A stretch of 32,000 nt of DNA. Origin: Blochmannia endosymbiont of Camponotus modoc. Lineage in GTDB: Bacteria > Pseudomonadota > Gammaproteobacteria > Enterobacterales > Enterobacteriaceae. Positions within the stretch are counted from its first letter, which is position 1; each line of letters starts with the position of its first letter. The stretch covers positions 450,001-482,000 of the forward strand of contig NZ_CP097765.1 in the NCBI RefSeq assembly GCF_023585785.1, read 5' to 3'. The position numbers and the translations under genes were made by a program. Positions 11,699 to 21,808 of the stretch are shown in pieces. The notes under the pieces are model-generated. The model was not told where the DNA came from and made no database searches. It was given only the letters and a program-made list of their open reading frames with translations.

Positions 11699-13057
11699 CT
11701 ATTGTATTGATTTTATTTCCGATCTTATTACAGAAGCAATCCTATTTGCTAAATATAATATTTTACCATAACATTTTCCCTCTACCATAATACGAATATA
11801 TGGTTCAGTACCAGACTGACGCAATAACACGCGTCCTTGTTCAGATAACTCCTGTTCTACTGCTTTAGTTTCTTTTCTAACCAAATCAGATTCTAAAGGG
11901 CTTTGAATACTAGAACAATATACATTAACTAAAATTTGAGGTAATAAAGACACATCATTACATAATTCATATAAACTTACGCAATTATTTACCATTGCGG
12001 ACAATATTTGAAGAGCAACAATAATACCATCTCCCGTGGTAGTTTTATCTAAAAGTACAATATGCCCGGAATTTTCACCTCCAATATTCCAACCCTTTTT
12101 TTTTAACATTGCAAGTACACAGCGATCGCCGACATTAGAACGTATAAAAGGGATATTTAACTGTTTTAATGCCAATACAAGCCCCATATTACTCATAAGA
12201 GTCCCTACAATACCACCTGTTAATTGCTTGCAATGTAATTTTTCTCGAGCAATAATGTACAGCATTTGATCACCATCTACTTTATTTCCAAAATGATCAA
12301 CCATAATGACCCTGTCTCCATCCCCATCATAAGCAATACCTAAATCTGCTTTTTTTGCTAATACATGAGCACGTAATTGCCGAATATCTGTAGTACCACT
12401 TTCTTTATTAATATTAACTCCATTTGGACGACACGCAATAGTAATCACATTAGCGCCCAATTCACGAAATACACTTGGAGCTATATGATAAGTAGCTCCA
12501 TTAGCACAATCTACAATTATTTTTAATTTTCTTAAACTGAGATGAGCAGGGAAAGTTCCTTTGCAAAATTCTATATAACGACCAGCTGCATCAACAATAC
12601 GACTAGCTTTTCCTAACTCTTTTGGGTCAACACACGTTAAACATTTATCTAATTCTATTTCTATAGAATGCTCTACTTCATCATCTAATTTAGTACCCTT
12701 AATAGAAAAAAACTTAATACCATTATCATAAAAAGGATTATGTGAAGCAGAAATTACAATGCCAGCTTCAGCTCTAAAAGCACGAGTTAAATACGCAATA
12801 GCTGGAGTAGGCATAGGACCAGTTAATGCAGCAGACAAACCAGCGGCAGCTAATCCTGACTCTAATGCCGATTCTAACATATACCCAGAAATGCGAGTAT
12901 CTTTTCCAATAATAACGTAATTAGACCTACCCCCACTAAAACGACTTAATACTTTTCCTGCAGCCCAACCAAGCTTCAGAATAAAATCTGGAGTAATGGG
13001 AATGCTTCCAACTTTACCTCTAATTCCATCAGTACCAAAGTATTTGCGGCGCTTCAT
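11699..13057 (-). CDS. glmM: Phosphoglucosamine mutase
   Basis: 452 aa; [10 protein letters not shown]; active-site serine loop [19 protein letters not shown]; DGDGDR metal-binding loop; [10 protein letters not shown]. Confidence 0.98.
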   Translation of the reverse strand: MKRRKYFGTDGIRGKVGSIPITPDFILKLGWAAGKVLSRFSGGRSNYVIIGKDTRISGYMLESALESGLAAAGLSAALTGPMPTPAIAYLTRAFRAEAGIVISASHNPFYDNGIKFFSIKGTKLDDEVEHSIEIELDKCLTCVDPKELGKASRIVDAAGRYIEFCKGTFPAHLSLRKLKIIVDCANGATYHIAPSVFRELGANVITIACRPNGVNINKESGTTDIRQLRAHVLAKKADLGIAYDGDGDRVIMVDHFGNKVDGDQMLYIIAREKLHCKQLTGGIVGTLMSNMGLVLALKQLNIPFIRSNVGDRCVLAMLKKKGWNIGGENSGHIVLLDKTTTGDGIIVALQILSAMVNNCVSLYELCNDVSLLPQILVNVYCSSIQSPLESDLVRKETKAVEQELSEQGRVLLRQSGTEPYIRIMVEGKCYGKILYLANRIASVIRSEIKSIQ

Positions 13058-13071
13058 ATTAATTTTTGTCC

Positions 13072-13935
13072 TTATTTTGATCGCTGTTTCAACATCATGC
13101 GCACCACTTTTAATGCTTCTGCTGTTTCCTTAACGTCATGCACGCGAATAATTTGTACGCCTTGTGTAGCTGCAATCACTGCGCAAGCAATGCTGCCTAT
13201 TAATCTTTGTTTAGGATTATATGAATTAGAACTAAGACTAAGCATTGACTTGCGTGATATACCTACTAATAAAGGTAAACCAAAATGATGAAAATATTTC
13301 AAATTAGCTAATAGTTGATAATTATGTGATAAACTCTTCCCAAAACCAAAACCAGGATCAAGTAATAATTTATTTCTGCTAATACCCGCTAATTCAAAAC
13401 GAGTGATTTGTTTAATAAAATACTCGTTTACTGCATGTGTAACATTAGAATACATAGGAGAATTTTGCATTGTATTAGGCTCTCCTTGCATATGTACTAA
13501 ACACACCGGCAGTTTACAATACAATGCAGCTTTCAGCGCTCCTGTAGCAGTAAGAGAGCGGATATCATTAATCATATGAGCACCGATAGCTGCGCTCTCA
13601 CGTATTATTAATGCTGATGATGTATTTATTGAAATATAAGTATCAAAACGCTGTGCTATAGCACGTACTACAGGTATAACCCGATCCGCTTCTTCTTCAT
13701 CACTGACAATATCGGATCCAGGTCGTGTTGATTCTCCGCCGACATCAATCCAAGTAGCACCATAAGTAATCATATTAAACACATGATCAATTGCTTTAGG
13801 AAGGGTGCAATAATTACCTCCATCAAAAAAGGAATCAGGAGTAATATTTAAAATCCCCATAATTTGAATTTCAGAAAAATCTAAAATACGTTTATTTGTA
13901 ATCAATGTCATAAATTTAAAGACATCTCCAAGCAT
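13072..13935 (-). CDS. folP: Dihydropteroate synthase
   Basis: [69 protein letters not shown] motifs. The start may be the internal [10 protein letters not shown]. Confidence 0.97.
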   Translation of the reverse strand: MLGDVFKFMTLITNKRILDFSEIQIMGILNITPDSFFDGGNYCTLPKAIDHVFNMITYGATWIDVGGESTRPGSDIVSDEEEADRVIPVVRAIAQRFDTYISINTSSALIIRESAAIGAHMINDIRSLTATGALKAALYCKLPVCLVHMQGEPNTMQNSPMYSNVTHAVNEYFIKQITRFELAGISRNKLLLDPGFGFGKSLSHNYQLLANLKYFHHFGLPLLVGISRKSMLSLSSNSYNPKQRLIGSIACAVIAATQGVQIIRVHDVKETAEALKVVRMMLKQRSK

Positions 13936-14042
13936 TATTTAAAAAATTAATTTAGGTGATCTAATTCATATCAAAAACGTAAAATACTATTTAAAGCTAA
14001 CAGTAAGTCAATTTTTTGTTTTTATATGAAAATTATTACATA

Positions 14043-15980
14043 TTATTGTGATGCGGCATCAGGATTATCATTGTAAGATTCGCTGTCTACTGATTTTGGC
14101 CCTTTTATAGAAGAAACACAAGCCTCCTTACTACTATTGTTAGCGTCAGAGACGCTATTTTCCCATCCAGATGGAGGATTAATTGATTTTCGATCCATCA
14201 AATCATTTATCTGAGATGCATTAATCGTCTCGTATTTTATCAACGCATCTTTCATAGAATGAAGAATATCCACATTTTTTATCAAAAGCTCACGAGCACG
14301 TATATAATTTCTTTCAATCAAAAATTTAATTTCCTGATCAATAATACGAGCAGTTTCATCAGACATATGCTTTGCTTTCGCCACTGAACGACCAAGAAAT
14401 ATTTCTCCTTCTTCTTCTGCATACAATAACGGACCAAGTTTTTCAGAGAACCCCCATTGAGTTACCATATTTCGAGCAATAGAAGTAGCTACTTTAATAT
14501 CGTTAGAGGCGCCAGTAGATACTTTATTAGGGCCATAAATTATTTCTTCAGCAAGTCTACCCCCATATAATGTAGAAATTTGACTCTCTAATTTCTGTCG
14601 ACTAGTGCTAATTGCATCGCCTTCTGGTAAAAAAAACGTTACACCTAAAGCACGTCCCCTAGGGATTATGGTCACTTTATGAACCGGATCATGCTCCGGG
14701 ACTAATCTACCAATTATAGCATGACCAGCTTCATGATAGGCTGTGGATTCTTTTTGAGCTTCTGTCATCACCATGGAACGACGCTCTGCACCCATTACAA
14801 TCTTATCTTTAGCTTTTTCAAACTCTACCATCGATACCATATGTTTGCTGTCACGAGCAGCAAATAACGCCGCTTCATTCACGAGATTAGCTAAATCTGC
14901 TCCTGAGAATCCTGGTGTACCTCGAGCAATCACTAATATATCTACATCTGATGACAACGGTACATGACTGATGTGTACTTTTAATATTTGTTCTCTCCCC
15001 CGAATATCCGGTAATCCTACAACTACTTGACGGTCAAATCGTCCTGGTCTTAATAAAGCTGGATCCAACACATCTGGACGATTAGTAGCAGCTATGACAA
15101 TGATACCTTCTTTCCCTTCAAACCCATCCATTTCTACTAACATCTGATTTAGAGTTTGTTCACGTTCATCGTGTCCCCCTCCTAAACCTGCGCCTCTCTG
15201 ACGACCAACCGCATCAATTTCATCAATAAAAATAATACATGGGGCAGCTTTCTTAGCCTGTTCAAACATATCCCGAACACGAGATGCTCCGACACCGACA
15301 AACATCTCTACAAAGTCAGAGCCCGAAATAGTAAAAAATGGAACTTTTGCTTCTCCCGCAATAGCTTTGGCTAAAAGTGTTTTTCCAGTGCCAGGAGGTC
15401 CTACCATTAAGACTCCTTTTGGAATTTTTCCCCCTAATTTTTGAAATCTGCTGGGTTCACGTAAATAATCTACTAATTCTTTCACTTCTTCTTTTGCTTC
15501 ATCACATCCTGCCACATCTGCAAAAGTAGTTTTTATTTGATCTTCAGTTAGCATACGTGCTTTACTTTTACCAAAAGACATGGCTCCCTTTCCACCTCCT
15601 TGCATTTGACGCATAAAGAAAACCCAAACCCCAATCAATAACAACATCGGAAACCAAGAAATAAAAATAGATGTAATTAAACTAGGTTCTTCTGGAGGCT
15701 CCCCAACAACTTTAACTTTTTTAGTTAAAAGAATGTCAAGTAATTTCGGGTCATTTACTGGAATATAAGTAATATAACGATTACTATCCTTTTTAATAAC
15801 CACAATTTCACGGCCATTAATGCGAGCTTCTTTAACTTGATCCTGGTTTAAATCATACATAAAAGTGGAATAATCCAATTTGCGACTGTTTGAGTCGCTA
15901 GGCCCGAAATTCTGGAATAAAGACATCAAGACTACTGCAATGACTAACCAGATACCCAGATTTTTCGCCATGTCACTCAA
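14043..15980 (-). CDS. ftsH: ATP-dependent zinc metalloprotease FtsH
   Basis: 645 aa; [35 protein letters not shown] motif region [14 protein letters not shown] zinc site. The start is possibly at MAKNLGIW (15971). Confidence 0.98.
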   Translation of the reverse strand: MSDMAKNLGIWLVIAVVLMSLFQNFGPSDSNSRKLDYSTFMYDLNQDQVKEARINGREIVVIKKDSNRYITYIPVNDPKLLDILLTKKVKVVGEPPEEPSLITSIFISWFPMLLLIGVWVFFMRQMQGGGKGAMSFGKSKARMLTEDQIKTTFADVAGCDEAKEEVKELVDYLREPSRFQKLGGKIPKGVLMVGPPGTGKTLLAKAIAGEAKVPFFTISGSDFVEMFVGVGASRVRDMFEQAKKAAPCIIFIDEIDAVGRQRGAGLGGGHDEREQTLNQMLVEMDGFEGKEGIIVIAATNRPDVLDPALLRPGRFDRQVVVGLPDIRGREQILKVHISHVPLSSDVDILVIARGTPGFSGADLANLVNEAALFAARDSKHMVSMVEFEKAKDKIVMGAERRSMVMTEAQKESTAYHEAGHAIIGRLVPEHDPVHKVTIIPRGRALGVTFFLPEGDAISTSRQKLESQISTLYGGRLAEEIIYGPNKVSTGASNDIKVATSIARNMVTQWGFSEKLGPLLYAEEEGEIFLGRSVAKAKHMSDETARIIDQEIKFLIERNYIRARELLIKNVDILHSMKDALIKYETINASQINDLMDRKSINPPSGWENSVSDANNSSKEACVSSIKGPKSVDSESYNDNPDAASQ

Positions 15981-16043
15981 AAGATTAACCTCGCATTACA
16001 ACAAAATTTAAATAATTTTAACATATCTACATATAAATTATGT

Positions 16044-16670
16044 TTACTTACGTTCTTTCGCTACAATATAAACCTCACGAGAATGAGACCTAGAGGCATC
16101 TGGCTTACGGATCCTTACTATGTTAAATAAGGAATGCACATCACACAAGTATTTATCCAAACCCTTTCCCTGAAAAACTTTCACTAAAAAAGCGCCTCTA
16201 CGCATTAATACACTACGACATATATTTAACGCCAAATTCCCAAGATATATAGACCGACTTACATCGATTATTGATATACCGGTTGTATTAGGAGACATAT
16301 CAGATAAAACCACATTAACCTGTTTCTGTCCTAGCCATGTACATAATATTTTGAAAATATTAGGATTAGAACAATCTCCTTGCAAAAAATTCACTCCAGA
16401 AATATTACACATAGACAATATGTCGCACGCTACAATACGCCCTGTCCTTCCTATTTTATTTTTTACATAAAGCGTCCACCCACCAGGCGCTGATCCCAAA
16501 TCTATTACTGTCATACCAGTAGAAAACAATGCATCCATGCGATTTATTGCATCAAGCTTAAACCAAGACCGTGACCGCAGTTTCTGTCTGTGTGCTGCTT
16601 TCACATACTGATCTTTGAAATGTTTTTGTAACCATCCTGAAGAACGCATAGAACGTTTTCTATTTACCAT
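16044..16670 (-). CDS. rlmE: 23S rRNA (uridine(2552)-2'-O)-methyltransferase RlmE (FtsJ/RrmJ)
   Basis: SRSWFKLDAI, VIDLGSAPGGWT, VLSDMSPNTTG, LVKVFQGKG and SREVYIVA motifs cover the K-D-K-E catalytic residues; adjacent to ftsH. Confidence 0.97.
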   Translation of the reverse strand: MVNRKRSMRSSGWLQKHFKDQYVKAAHRQKLRSRSWFKLDAINRMDALFSTGMTVIDLGSAPGGWTLYVKNKIGRTGRIVACDILSMCNISGVNFLQGDCSNPNIFKILCTWLGQKQVNVVLSDMSPNTTGISIIDVSRSIYLGNLALNICRSVLMRRGAFLVKVFQGKGLDKYLCDVHSLFNIVRIRKPDASRSHSREVYIVAKERK

Positions 16671-17048
16671 ATCAGGTTACTTCTCAAATATTTTTTGAAT
16701 AAATAACATTGATAAAATGACGACAACTTGTATTTCTTTCAATCTTACTTAAACAAAAAAATAAAAATTCCATAAAAATAAATAAATTTTTTGTGTATAT
16801 CCAATTTTTATATATTTTTCCAACTATTACAAATAATGTACATAAAAAATATATCTAATTGTAAACAATAAATATTTCAAAACAGATGAAAGTAAAAATA
16901 TAAACTTATTAGTAATAATGTTAATAGCATCATATATTTGTGTTATTAACATTAATTAATATAGCGACTACGAATACAATTTAATTTTCTACTTTCATAA
17001 TTATCATTTCGTAAAAAATTTAAAATAAAAACTAAAATAAAAATATGT

Positions 17049-17525
17049 TTAACAATATTTAACCTGGAGTATTTTATATCTTACTTTCCCTTTTGGAGTA
17101 TTAATTCGAACAATATCTCCTTCTTTATGACCAATCAAACCTCTAGCAATAGGAGAATTGATAGAAATCATATGTTCTTTAAGATTTGCCTCATCGTCCC
17201 CTACAATACTATACGTTTGTCTATGTGTTGTATCCAAGTTTTCAACACCAACCGTAGCACCAAAAACTATTTTATCGTCAGTAGTTAGTTTGGAAATATC
17301 TATAATATATGCATTAGAAAGCTTAGACTCTATTTCTTGAATACGACCCTCACAAAATCCTTGTTGTTCTCGAGCAGCATGATACTCAGCATTTTCTTTT
17401 AAGTCGCCATGCTCCCGCGCTTCGGAAATATTTTTTATAATTTCTGGGCGACGAACATTTTTTAAATAATCCAGTTCCTCTCTCAACTTTTCAGCTCCAC
17501 GTAAAGTCATTGGTATGCGCTTCAT
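17049..17525 (-). CDS. greA: Transcription elongation factor GreA
   Basis: 158 aa; [57 protein letters not shown]. Confidence 0.97.
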   Translation of the reverse strand: MKRIPMTLRGAEKLREELDYLKNVRRPEIIKNISEAREHGDLKENAEYHAAREQQGFCEGRIQEIESKLSNAYIIDISKLTTDDKIVFGATVGVENLDTTHRQTYSIVGDDEANLKEHMISINSPIARGLIGHKEGDIVRINTPKGKVRYKILQVKYC

Positions 17526-17820
17526 GTTGTACCTTTATTATATTGCATACATTTAAACAATAAACAATCACACTACATACAAAAGCATGATTTAATTAAA
17601 CATTATATATTTTTATCTTTTTAAAAAAAATTGTTATTACCTAGCTTTTAAGAACTTTATCAAAAAATATTTCTCTTAATATGTATGGAGTATTTTTTAA
17701 ATAGCTATGTTTATAAAACATCATAAATTTTACGATATCATGATATTAAAATTTTTTAAACTTAACGGTATATTATGTGTATTGTTTTAAAATAACAATA
17801 GAATTAGCTAATCCTGATTC

Positions 17821-18876
17821 CTACTCATTGTCTTGTGTATCCATAAGATTTGATTCTTGACTTTGAGTATGATGAATAATAAATTTCATAATACTGTTAC
17901 ATAGCGTAAATACATTAGTATTATACATAGAAGATATGGAGTAATAGCGCCCTTTCCATTTTAAGGAACTAATAACACGGTTAATCCTTTTTTCCGCCAC
18001 GTTTCGTTCCAACAAATCTATTTTATTGAATATTAACCAACAAGGTTTGCTAACTAAATTTTCATTATAATTACTTAATTCATGCTGAATAGTAATAATA
18101 TTTTCTAATGGATCAGAATTATCCACAGGCGCAATATCAATAAAATGCAGTAAAATTTGACAGTGTTCTAGATGCTTCAAAAATTGCATTCCTAATCCTA
18201 AACCATGAGAAGCGCCTTTAATAATACCAGGAATATCTGCAATAATAAATCTGTCATAGTTATTAATTTGTACTACACCTAAATACGGTACTAATGTAGT
18301 AAATGGATAATCTGCCACTTTTGGTTTAGCTGATGATATTATACGAATAAAACTAGATTTTCCAGAATTAGGTAATCCAAATATTCCAACATTTGCTATT
18401 AGCAGCAATTCTAATAGCAAATGTTGGAATTCTCCTGTTGACCCATGTGTATTAAGTGCCTTACGATGCAAAGAAGATTTAAAATGTCCATTCCCTAAAC
18501 CATGGCGACCTCCTTTAGCCACCATCAACTGCTTATGATGAATACCCATATCTCCCAATAATTTATTTGTTTTTTTATAGCTTACTCTAGTTCCCCACGG
18601 AACTTTCACAATAACATCTTTGCCTCTTTTACCAGTACAACCACGGCTACGCCCGCATTGTCCATGCCCGGCTCTAAAAACACAATTAGAATGAAAATAA
18701 TTTAAAGTATTAATATTAGGATCTGCTAATAACCAAACATCCCCACCATTTCCTCCATTACTACCATTAGGTTTTTTCAAAAAAGAAGATCTTCTTCCTG
18801 ATTTTTGAAAACTGATACATCCATTCCCTCCGTTACCAGCAATAACCGTAATATTGGTCATGTCGACAAATTTCAT
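17821..18876 (-). CDS. obgE: Obg-family GTPase ObgE/CgtA (diverged)
   Basis: 351 aa; Obg fold (FRAGHGQCGRSRGCTGKRGKDVIVKVPWGT), P-loop GLPNSGKSSF, KVADYPFTTLVPYLGVV, NKID; next to rpmA-rplU. Confidence 0.95.
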   Translation of the reverse strand: MKFVDMTNITVIAGNGGNGCISFQKSGRRSSFLKKPNGSNGGNGGDVWLLADPNINTLNYFHSNCVFRAGHGQCGRSRGCTGKRGKDVIVKVPWGTRVSYKKTNKLLGDMGIHHKQLMVAKGGRHGLGNGHFKSSLHRKALNTHGSTGEFQHLLLELLLIANVGIFGLPNSGKSSFIRIISSAKPKVADYPFTTLVPYLGVVQINNYDRFIIADIPGIIKGASHGLGLGMQFLKHLEHCQILLHFIDIAPVDNSDPLENIITIQHELSNYNENLVSKPCWLIFNKIDLLERNVAEKRINRVISSLKWKGRYYSISSMYNTNVFTLCNSIMKFIIHHTQSQESNLMDTQDNE

Positions 18877-19228
18877 AATATATCTCTAATATATCGTCTA
18901 TATTTATAGTATGTACATCTTATCACTTAATAAATTAGTGTAAATTTTGTAATAATTAAAATTTATGCCATATTGTTAAATAACGTTTTTAGTATTTTTG
19001 TTACTGATATCGTTATCAATATACATAATTATTTACCTTTCAAATCTGTATGAACACATGAACGTTTTTATGATTCTTGAACCTTATAAAAAACACATAT
19101 GTCATTTTTAAAATACTAATACAATCATCGCTTATAACTATACAACTACCAAAATACCCGAGCGCAATTAATTTTTATTTATAAAATAAAAAATTTTAAT
19201 TATTAAGTAACATTAACAAATTACATTT

Positions 19229-19489
19229 CTATTTCTGAGAAACGATACTAATAAACTTACGACGCAATGCTCCCCTTTTTTCAAATAAAACTTTCCCAGA
19301 TTTTAAAGCAAAAAGAGTATAATCCCTTCCACAACCTACGTATTTTCCTGGATGAAATGTATTGCCTCGTTGGCGCACAATAATAGTGCCTGACGATACA
19401 CATTCACCTCCAAAACATTTAACTCCTAAACGCTTACTATGTGAATCTCGACCGTTACGAGTAGAGCCTCCAGCTTTTTTATGTGCCAT
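19229..19489 (-). CDS. rpmA: 50S ribosomal protein L27
   Basis: [48 protein letters not shown]. Confidence 0.97.
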   Translation of the reverse strand: MAHKKAGGSTRNGRDSHSKRLGVKCFGGECVSSGTIIVRQRGNTFHPGKYVGCGRDYTLFALKSGKVLFEKRGALRRKFISIVSQK

Positions 19490-19505
19490 TTTTATTCCTT
19501 ATTTC

Positions 19506-19838
19506 TTAATGATTTGGATTGCAATTGCTTATGTTTATGCTTATTATTTTTATTGTTGTAAAACACTGACGATGTCCTTGAAATTTACGAAAATGTTTAC
19601 GACGTCTAAATTTAATAATCTTTATCTTCTGATTAAGACTCTGAGCTATAATTTCTGCTATAATCTGTCCATTTTTTATAAAAGGACTCCCTATATGAAG
19701 GCATTCATTAGACTCAATAAGCAATATTTGATTAAATTCAACGTGATTACCAATGTCAATATCAAGCCGTTCTATATGAATCACTTGACCTTCAACAACA
19801 CGATACTGTTTACTACCAGTTTGAAAAACTGCATACAT
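19506..19838 (-). CDS. rplU: 50S ribosomal protein L21
   Basis: MYAVFQTGSKQYRVVEGQVIHIERLD...KIIKFRRRKHFRKFQGHRQCFTTIKI; directly upstream of rpmA. Confidence 0.95.
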   Translation of the reverse strand: MYAVFQTGSKQYRVVEGQVIHIERLDIDIGNHVEFNQILLIESNECLHIGSPFIKNGQIIAEIIAQSLNQKIKIIKFRRRKHFRKFQGHRQCFTTIKIISINISNCNPNH

Positions 19839-19889
19839 AAATAATAATCCATCTCTTGTTTATAATCTGATATTATTTCTATACATATT

Positions 19890-19918
19890 CTTATACATTA
19901 AAAAAAAATGTTTCTCAA
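19890..19918 (-). promoter_or_regulatory. Candidate sigma70-like promoter for rplU-rpmA
   Basis: Minus strand TTGAGA (19913-19918) - 17 nt - TATAAG (19890-19895), about 50 nt upstream of the rplU start in the divergent rplU/ispB spacer. Motif match only. Confidence 0.4.
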
Positions 19919-20032
19919 CACAATAATAAAATTTACTGCATACTCACAAGTGTAGTTTAACTTAATAAAAATCAAATTGCATACGTAAGTAACATATAAA
20001 TACATCAACATTTCATATTTATAATAATATTA

Positions 20033-21004
20033 ATGAATATTGATCAAATCTCCGAACTAACTGAACAAGATATGGAAGATGTGAATTCAGAAATTCGCAC
20101 GCGATTAGCATCTGAAATTACTTTAATTAACAAACTTGTTCAATACATTGTAGATAGCGGGGGAAAACGAATTAGACCCATGATTACCTTGCTGACCGCA
20201 AGGGCGTTATGTTATAAAAAAACACAACATGTTACTATTGCTACATTAATAGAGTTTATTCATACTGCTACTTTGTTACATGATGACGTAGTAGATAAAT
20301 CACACATGAGACGCGGTAGGAGAACTACTAATGCAATTTTTGGTAATGCTGCTAGTGTATTAGTAGGGGATTTTATATATACACGAGCTTTTCAAATGAT
20401 GACTGAATTAGAATCCTTGCGAATATTATCTTTGATGGCAGATGCGGTCAATATAATTGCAGCAGGTGAGATATTGCAATTAACACATTGTAATGACCCC
20501 AGTATTACTATCGATAGTTACATGAAAATTATTTATAGTAAAACTGCTCGTTTATTTGAAGTAGCTTCTCAATCATCTGCTATTTTAGCTGGTGCCAATG
20601 CATGTCAAGAAAAAGCATTGCGTAATTACGGGCGATATATGGGAATTGCCTTTCAACTAGTTGATGATGTATTAGATTATTCTGCCTCAGAAACAATATT
20701 TGGGAAAAATGTCGGAAATGATTTAAATGAAGGAAAGCTTACTCTCCCTCTGCTACACGCTATTCATCATAGCACCTCAAAACAAGCATCACTTATAATC
20801 CAATCTATTAAAAAAGGTAACCATCGTCACTTGTTAAATATAATTTTAGATACAATGCATCAACATGGATCATTAGAATACACTCGACAATGCGCTGAAA
20901 CAGAAATCAAAAAAGCTATTTCTTGTCTTGATATTTTACCTCCTTCTCCTTACCGACAAGCATTAGAAAGTTTAGCGGCTTATACGATTCAAAGAATTTA
21001 TTAG
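20033..21004 (+). CDS. ispB: Octaprenyl diphosphate synthase (all-trans polyprenyl synthase)
   Basis: 323 aa; first Asp-rich motif LLHDDVVDKSHMRRG, second AFQLVDDVLDYSAS; next to rplU as in E. coli. Confidence 0.96.
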   Translation: MNIDQISELTEQDMEDVNSEIRTRLASEITLINKLVQYIVDSGGKRIRPMITLLTARALCYKKTQHVTIATLIEFIHTATLLHDDVVDKSHMRRGRRTTNAIFGNAASVLVGDFIYTRAFQMMTELESLRILSLMADAVNIIAAGEILQLTHCNDPSITIDSYMKIIYSKTARLFEVASQSSAILAGANACQEKALRNYGRYMGIAFQLVDDVLDYSASETIFGKNVGNDLNEGKLTLPLLHAIHHSTSKQASLIIQSIKKGNHRHLLNIILDTMHQHGSLEYTRQCAETEIKKAISCLDILPPSPYRQALESLAAYTIQRIY

Positions 21005-21204
21005 ATTTTCACTTTAAAATTACAAATACATTTGACACTAAAAATTATATATAAAATGTAAAATTGTGATGCTTATAAACATGAAATACTTTTATTAACT
21101 GTAATAAACGTAATTATGTTATGTTAACAAACATATTGATAATAAATCATATATAACATATGATTGTTTTTTAAGTTTATTATTTACATATATAGGCAAT
21201 ATAA

Positions 21205-21738
21205 ATGTATTTCAATCAAGTACCAGCGGGAAAAAATATTCCAGAAGATATATATGTGATTATTGAAATTCCAGCTAATTCTGACCCAATTAAATATGAA
21301 ATTGATAAAAAAACAGGAATAATATTCGTTGATCGTTTTTTATTAACACCTATGTTTTACCCTTGCAATTATGGCTATATTAATAATACTTTATCTCTGG
21401 ACGGAGATCCAGTAGATGTCTTAGTGCCTACCCAATATCCTTTACAATCAGGTTGTGTAATACTTTGCCGACCTATAGGCATGCTTAATATGATAGATGA
21501 ATCTGGAGAAGATGCAAAAATAATTGCAGTGCCCCATGAGAAAATATCAGAACAATACTCACTAGTAAAAGATATAAATGATTTTTCAATTTTATTGCGC
21601 AATCAAATTAGTCATTTTTTTAAAAACTACAAAGAATTAGATTCTAAGAAGTGGGTAAAAATAAAGGGCTGGAGCAATATTAACGCTGCTAAAACGGAAA
21701 TTTTAAACTCTTTTGAACGTTTTAAAAAAAAAATATAA
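21205..21738 (+). CDS. ppa: Inorganic pyrophosphatase
   Basis: [33 protein letters not shown]...[11 protein letters not shown]...[13 protein letters not shown]; 177 aa, near end to end with E. coli Ppa. Confidence 0.97.
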   Translation: MYFNQVPAGKNIPEDIYVIIEIPANSDPIKYEIDKKTGIIFVDRFLLTPMFYPCNYGYINNTLSLDGDPVDVLVPTQYPLQSGCVILCRPIGMLNMIDESGEDAKIIAVPHEKISEQYSLVKDINDFSILLRNQISHFFKNYKELDSKKWVKIKGWSNINAAKTEILNSFERFKKKI

Positions 21739-21808
21739 TATCACACTTTCATTTTATATTAGATCTCACATATTTTAAATATGTTGGGTGTGTGTAAATA
21801 TAAAGAAA

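Noticed and set aside
17526-17570. TATAAT-like box just upstream of greA
   Set aside because: It lies only about 11 nt before the ATG, with no well-spaced -35, so transcription would start on top of the ribosome binding site. TATAAT matches are expected by chance in such AT-rich DNA.
19362-19844. 160-aa plus-strand ORF antisense to rpmA/rplU
   Set aside because: It sits opposite two well-conserved ribosomal protein genes, has low-complexity AT-driven composition (FYKRTPYMKAFIRLNKQYLIKFN...) and no recognisable family. It is a shadow ORF.
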